A DNA stretch of 64,000 nucleotides. Origin: an uncultured delta proteobacterium (GTDB lineage: Bacteria > Desulfobacterota > RBG-13-43-22). Where the stretch lies: positions 320,001 through 384,000 of the forward strand of contig CAVQFQ010000005.1 in NCBI GenBank assembly GCA_963711835.1. The letters are read 5' to 3'. The first letter of the stretch is position 1. The number at the start of each line of letters is the position of its first letter. Of the stretch, positions 60,526-64,000 are shown one piece after another. Under the pieces are notes generated by a model. It made no database searches and was not told the origin of the DNA. It saw only the letters and a list, made by a program, of their open reading frames with translations. A program made the position numbers and the translations under genes.

Positions 60526-62782
60526 ATGACTGAAGCTCATCTGTTGAAAATTGCCCGGGAACTGGGTCTGCCCCCCAAGCAGGTCCAGGCCGCGGCCGAC
60601 CTGCTTAACGGCGGAGCCACGGTTCCCTTTATCGCCCGCTACCGGAAAGAAGCTACCGGTTCTTTGGATGAAGTAGCCGTTGCCGCCGTCAGGGACCGGA
60701 TGGGGCAACTCCTGGAACTGGACCAGCGCCGGGAGGCCATTCTCAAATCCCTGGAGGAGCGGGGACAGCTCAGCGAGTCCTTAAAGGAAAAGATCCTGGC
60801 CGCCGAAACCCTGGTTGTTTTGGAAGATATCTATTTACCTTTCCGGCCTAAACGCCGAACCCGGGCTACTATCGCTAAAGAAAAGGGACTGGAACCGCTG
60901 GCCCGGAGCCTTTTCGACCAAGAGGAGATGGATCCCATCTCCGAGGCCTCGACCTTCATCGACCCCGAAAAAGGAGTGGAATCCGCGGAAGACGCTTTGG
61001 CCGGCGCCCGGGACATCATCGCTGAATGGATCAGCGAGGATGAAACCGCCCGGACCCGGACGCGTGAATATTTCGCCTCGAAAGCGGTTTTCAGGTCTAA
61101 ACTCATCCCGGGGAAGGAGGATGAGGGGATCAAGTACCGGGATTATTTTGACTGGGAAGAACCCGCCTCCAGCGCACCCTCCCACCGGATTCTGGCCATA
61201 CGGCGGGGCGAAAAAGAAAATTTTTTGATTTTTCGGGTCACCCCGCCGGAAGAGGGGGCTCTGGAAATCCTCGACGGTCTTTTCGTCCAAGGGGAAGGAC
61301 CGGCCTCCCACCAGGTTCAACTGGCCGTGCACGACGGGTACAAACGGCTTCTTTCTTCTTCCCTGGAGACCGAAATCCGCCTGGAAATGAAGAAAAGGGC
61401 CGACGCGGAGGCCATCCGGGTCTTTGCCGAGAACCTCCGCCAACTCCTGTTGGCCCCGCCCCTGGGTCAAAAAAAGGTCCTGGCCATCGATCCCGGTTTC
61501 CGGACCGGGTGCAAGGTGGTCTGCCTCGATCCCCAGGGGAAACTGGTCCATTACGAAACCATTTTTCTGCTGTCCGAAAAAGGCGCCGCCGAAGCCGGTG
61601 CCCAAATTCGGGCGATGTGTAATCGCTTCCAAATCGAGGCCTTGGCCATCGGCAACGGCACCGCCGGACGGGAAACCGAGACCTTCATCCGTAGCCTTGA
61701 TCTTTCTTCGAATAGGACGGTGGTCATGGTTAATGAGAGCGGCGCCTCAATCTACTCGGCCTCCGAGGTCGCCCGAGAGGAATTCCCGGATCAAGATCTA
61801 ACCGTCCGGGGGGCCGTTTCTATCGGTCGGAGGCTGATGGATCCCCTGGCCGAACTGGTCAAGATCGACCCTAAGTCGATCGGGGTCGGCCAATACCAGC
61901 ACGATGTGGACCAAGGGGGATTGAAACGCAGCCTGGATGACGTGGTGGTGAGCTGCGTCAACCGGGTGGGCGTGGAGGTCAATACGGCCAGCAAACAACT
62001 GTTGACCTACGTCTCCGGGTTGGGACCTCAACTGGCTCGGGGGATCGTGGAGTACCGGAACGAGCACGGTCCCTTTCCTTCCCGGGAAACACTGAAGCAA
62101 GGTCCCCCGTTTAGGACCCAAGGCCTTTGAGCAGGCCGCCGGCTTCCTGCGCATCCGCGGCGGAGCGAACCCCCTGGACGCCAGCGCCGTCCATCCGGAG
62201 AGTTATCCCCTGGTCGATGCCATGGCCCGGGACCTCGGCTGTTCGGTGACGGACCTGATCCGTGACGAACCGCTCCGCAAGCGGATCGACCCCCACCGCT
62301 ACCTCTCGGAAAAGGCGGGCCTGCCTACGCTCCAGGATATCCTGGCCGAACTCGCCAAACCGGGGCGTGATCCCCGGAAACAGTTCGAAGCCTTTCATTT
62401 TACCGAGGGGGTAGAAAAGATCGAGGATGTCCGGCCCGGGATGAAGCTCCCCGGCCTGGTGACCAACATTACCGCCTTCGGGGCCTTTGTGGATATCGGC
62501 GTCCATCAGGACGGGCTGGTCCATATCAGCGAACTGGCCGACCGTTTTGTAAAAACCCCGGCCGAGGTGGTCAAGGTCCATCAACCGGTAATGGTCAGGG
62601 TGCTGGAAGTGGATTTGGTCCGGAAGCGGATTTCCCTTTCCCTGAAGAACGGTTCACCCCCCGCGGACGAGGGTCCGAAGAAGACAGCCCAAAAGAGAGG
62701 AGAGCGTCGGGCGGAAAAGGAGGTCAAATCCCCCGGCCGCTTTTTCAATAACCCCTTCGCCGACGCCTTCAAAAAAAAATAA
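60526..62782 (+). CDS. tex: Tex RNA-binding transcription accessory protein, frameshifted ~62100
   Basis: TVPFIARYRKE, IDPGFRTGCK, IGVGQYQHD; C-terminal S1 FGAFVDIGVHQDGLVHISEL. Confidence 0.93.
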
Positions 62783-63006
62783 TCGTATCCAGTTTCAGGA
62801 AAAATCAGGTCGCCGGCCTCGTCCAATCAAAAATTATTTTTCCGGCCACATATTCCTTGCCAGCCTAGCGGGTGATCCGGCTTAATTTTAATGAAATTTT
62901 TTCCAGACGCTGAAAAATAAAAGGGGTCTAAAAAGAGGTCGGGTCTGCCTTTGACTCTGACGAACAACTCCAATTAAATGGTCCCATCCAGGCCCTATTT
63001 TCCGCC

Positions 63007-63035
63007 TTGATTCTGTCTTCTTCTCGTTTTATACT
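63007..63035 (+). promoter_or_regulatory. sigma70-type promoter
   Basis: TTGATT-17bp-TATACT, ~50 bp before ATG 63084. Confidence 0.6.
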
Positions 63036-63083
63036 CTTCCCATCAAAAAGCAGGTTCTTATCAAAGATTTAATGTAAAAGGTT

Positions 63084-63686
63084 ATGCGTTATACAATTTT
63101 TAATACACCAGTCTTAAAATCATTTTTGCTTGGCCTATCCCTGTTTCTTTTAAAAATACTCGGCTGGAAGAAAAGGGGGCCGTTACCCAAACTGACCAAA
63201 TATGTCATTGTTGTTGCACCCCATACCTCTAGCTGGGACTTATTCTATGGAATTATCCTGGCCTTCGCGTTGAAAATTGAAGCTCGCTTTATAGCAAAAA
63301 AAGAATTGTTCCGCTGGCCTTTCTCCCCACTTATGAAGTGGTTGGGAGGCGTCCCGGTCGACAGGGCATTATCAATCCATACCGTGGATCAAATGATATC
63401 TGCTTTCAATGAAAGCAAGAAATTTATTCTGGCCCTGACTCCTGAGGGCACCCGTAATAAAACAGGTTACTGGAAATCAGGGTTTTATCATATTGCGGTA
63501 AGTGCCCATGTTCCCATTCAGCTTGCGTTTCTCGATTATGCGAGCAAAACCGGCGGAGCAGGACCGCTAATAAATCCCACTGGCGATCTGGATCAAGACA
63601 TGCGGACAATTCGTGATTTTTATCTGACTGTTAAGGGCAAACATCCCGACAAAACAAGCCCCGCTAATATTTATTCTAAAACATGA
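63084..63686 (+). CDS. Lysophospholipid acyltransferase (PlsC family)
   Basis: APHTSSWD, GGVPVDR, PEGTR, WKSGFY. Confidence 0.9.
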   Translation: MRYTIFNTPVLKSFLLGLSLFLLKILGWKKRGPLPKLTKYVIVVAPHTSSWDLFYGIILAFALKIEARFIAKKELFRWPFSPLMKWLGGVPVDRALSIHTVDQMISAFNESKKFILALTPEGTRNKTGYWKSGFYHIAVSAHVPIQLAFLDYASKTGGAGPLINPTGDLDQDMRTIRDFYLTVKGKHPDKTSPANIYSKT

Positions 63687-64000
63687 AAAAACCAATTCAC
63701 CATCAGGCTGTCGGTATTTTGAATCAAGGTCGCCTAAGCCAGGCTTTTGCCGGCGAGCTGCTATTCAGGTCTTTTGCGGTCACCGAATCCATCCCAGAAA
63801 AAAAGAGGCTATGGAAAACCTAGCCCGCTATATCATCCGGGCCTCTTTCTCTCAAGAACAAATGACCTATCCCGGGGACTTTGTCAAAAAAAAATTAGGA
63901 TGCCCTCAGTCCCTTACAATCTTTGGAGATACTCTCCGAGTCGCCTCATCTGACGGTAGGGCGGCCTATTGAGTTCATTCCGTAATCGCCAAGGCAAACA

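Noticed and set aside
19040-62800. Block as an integrative mobile island or prophage
   Set aside because: No integrase, transposase, tRNA, att direct repeats or phage genes in the window.
63747-63953. Terminal 68-aa ORF
   Set aside because: No RBS or recognisable motif.

Overview
Bacterial chromosomal window. Gene content and repeat style suggest a deltaproteobacterial/Desulfobacterota-like anaerobe (inference). At least seven apparent frameshifts point to indel-prone assembly. 1-18.6 kb is mostly housekeeping on the minus strand (yihA, hisG, hisI, rlmN, pgm, pgl, gpmA, malQ, queF). From 19.2 kb to ~62.8 kb almost every gene is on the + strand. This block opens with kaiC-kaiB-kaiB followed by a PAS-PAS sigma54 enhancer-binding protein (no kaiA). 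Downstream are five copies of a ~170-bp promoter module (23.7, 30.0, 32.0, 39.3, 46.3 kb). Each has two tandem CCTCCA-N4-TGGAGG-type palindromes 18 bp apart, an IHF-like site and a -24/-12 GG-N10-GC box at near-constant spacing. The modules head ~35-40 kb of general-stress/envelope genes (BON/OsmY, CsbD, YtxH, ElaB, DUF3309, lmo0937, DUF3096, Spy, cls, YihY, AI-2E, FtsH, GT4/GH130/PMM). Best interpretation (inference): a KaiC/KaiB-controlled sigma54 general-stress regulon whose operator sites are readable in the DNA. Separately, a non-coding element family with ~33-bp inverted arms and a conserved structured core occurs at 1.9 and 14.1 kb, with a collapsed third copy at 56.2 kb. No rRNA, tRNA, CRISPR array, integrase or transposase was recognised.
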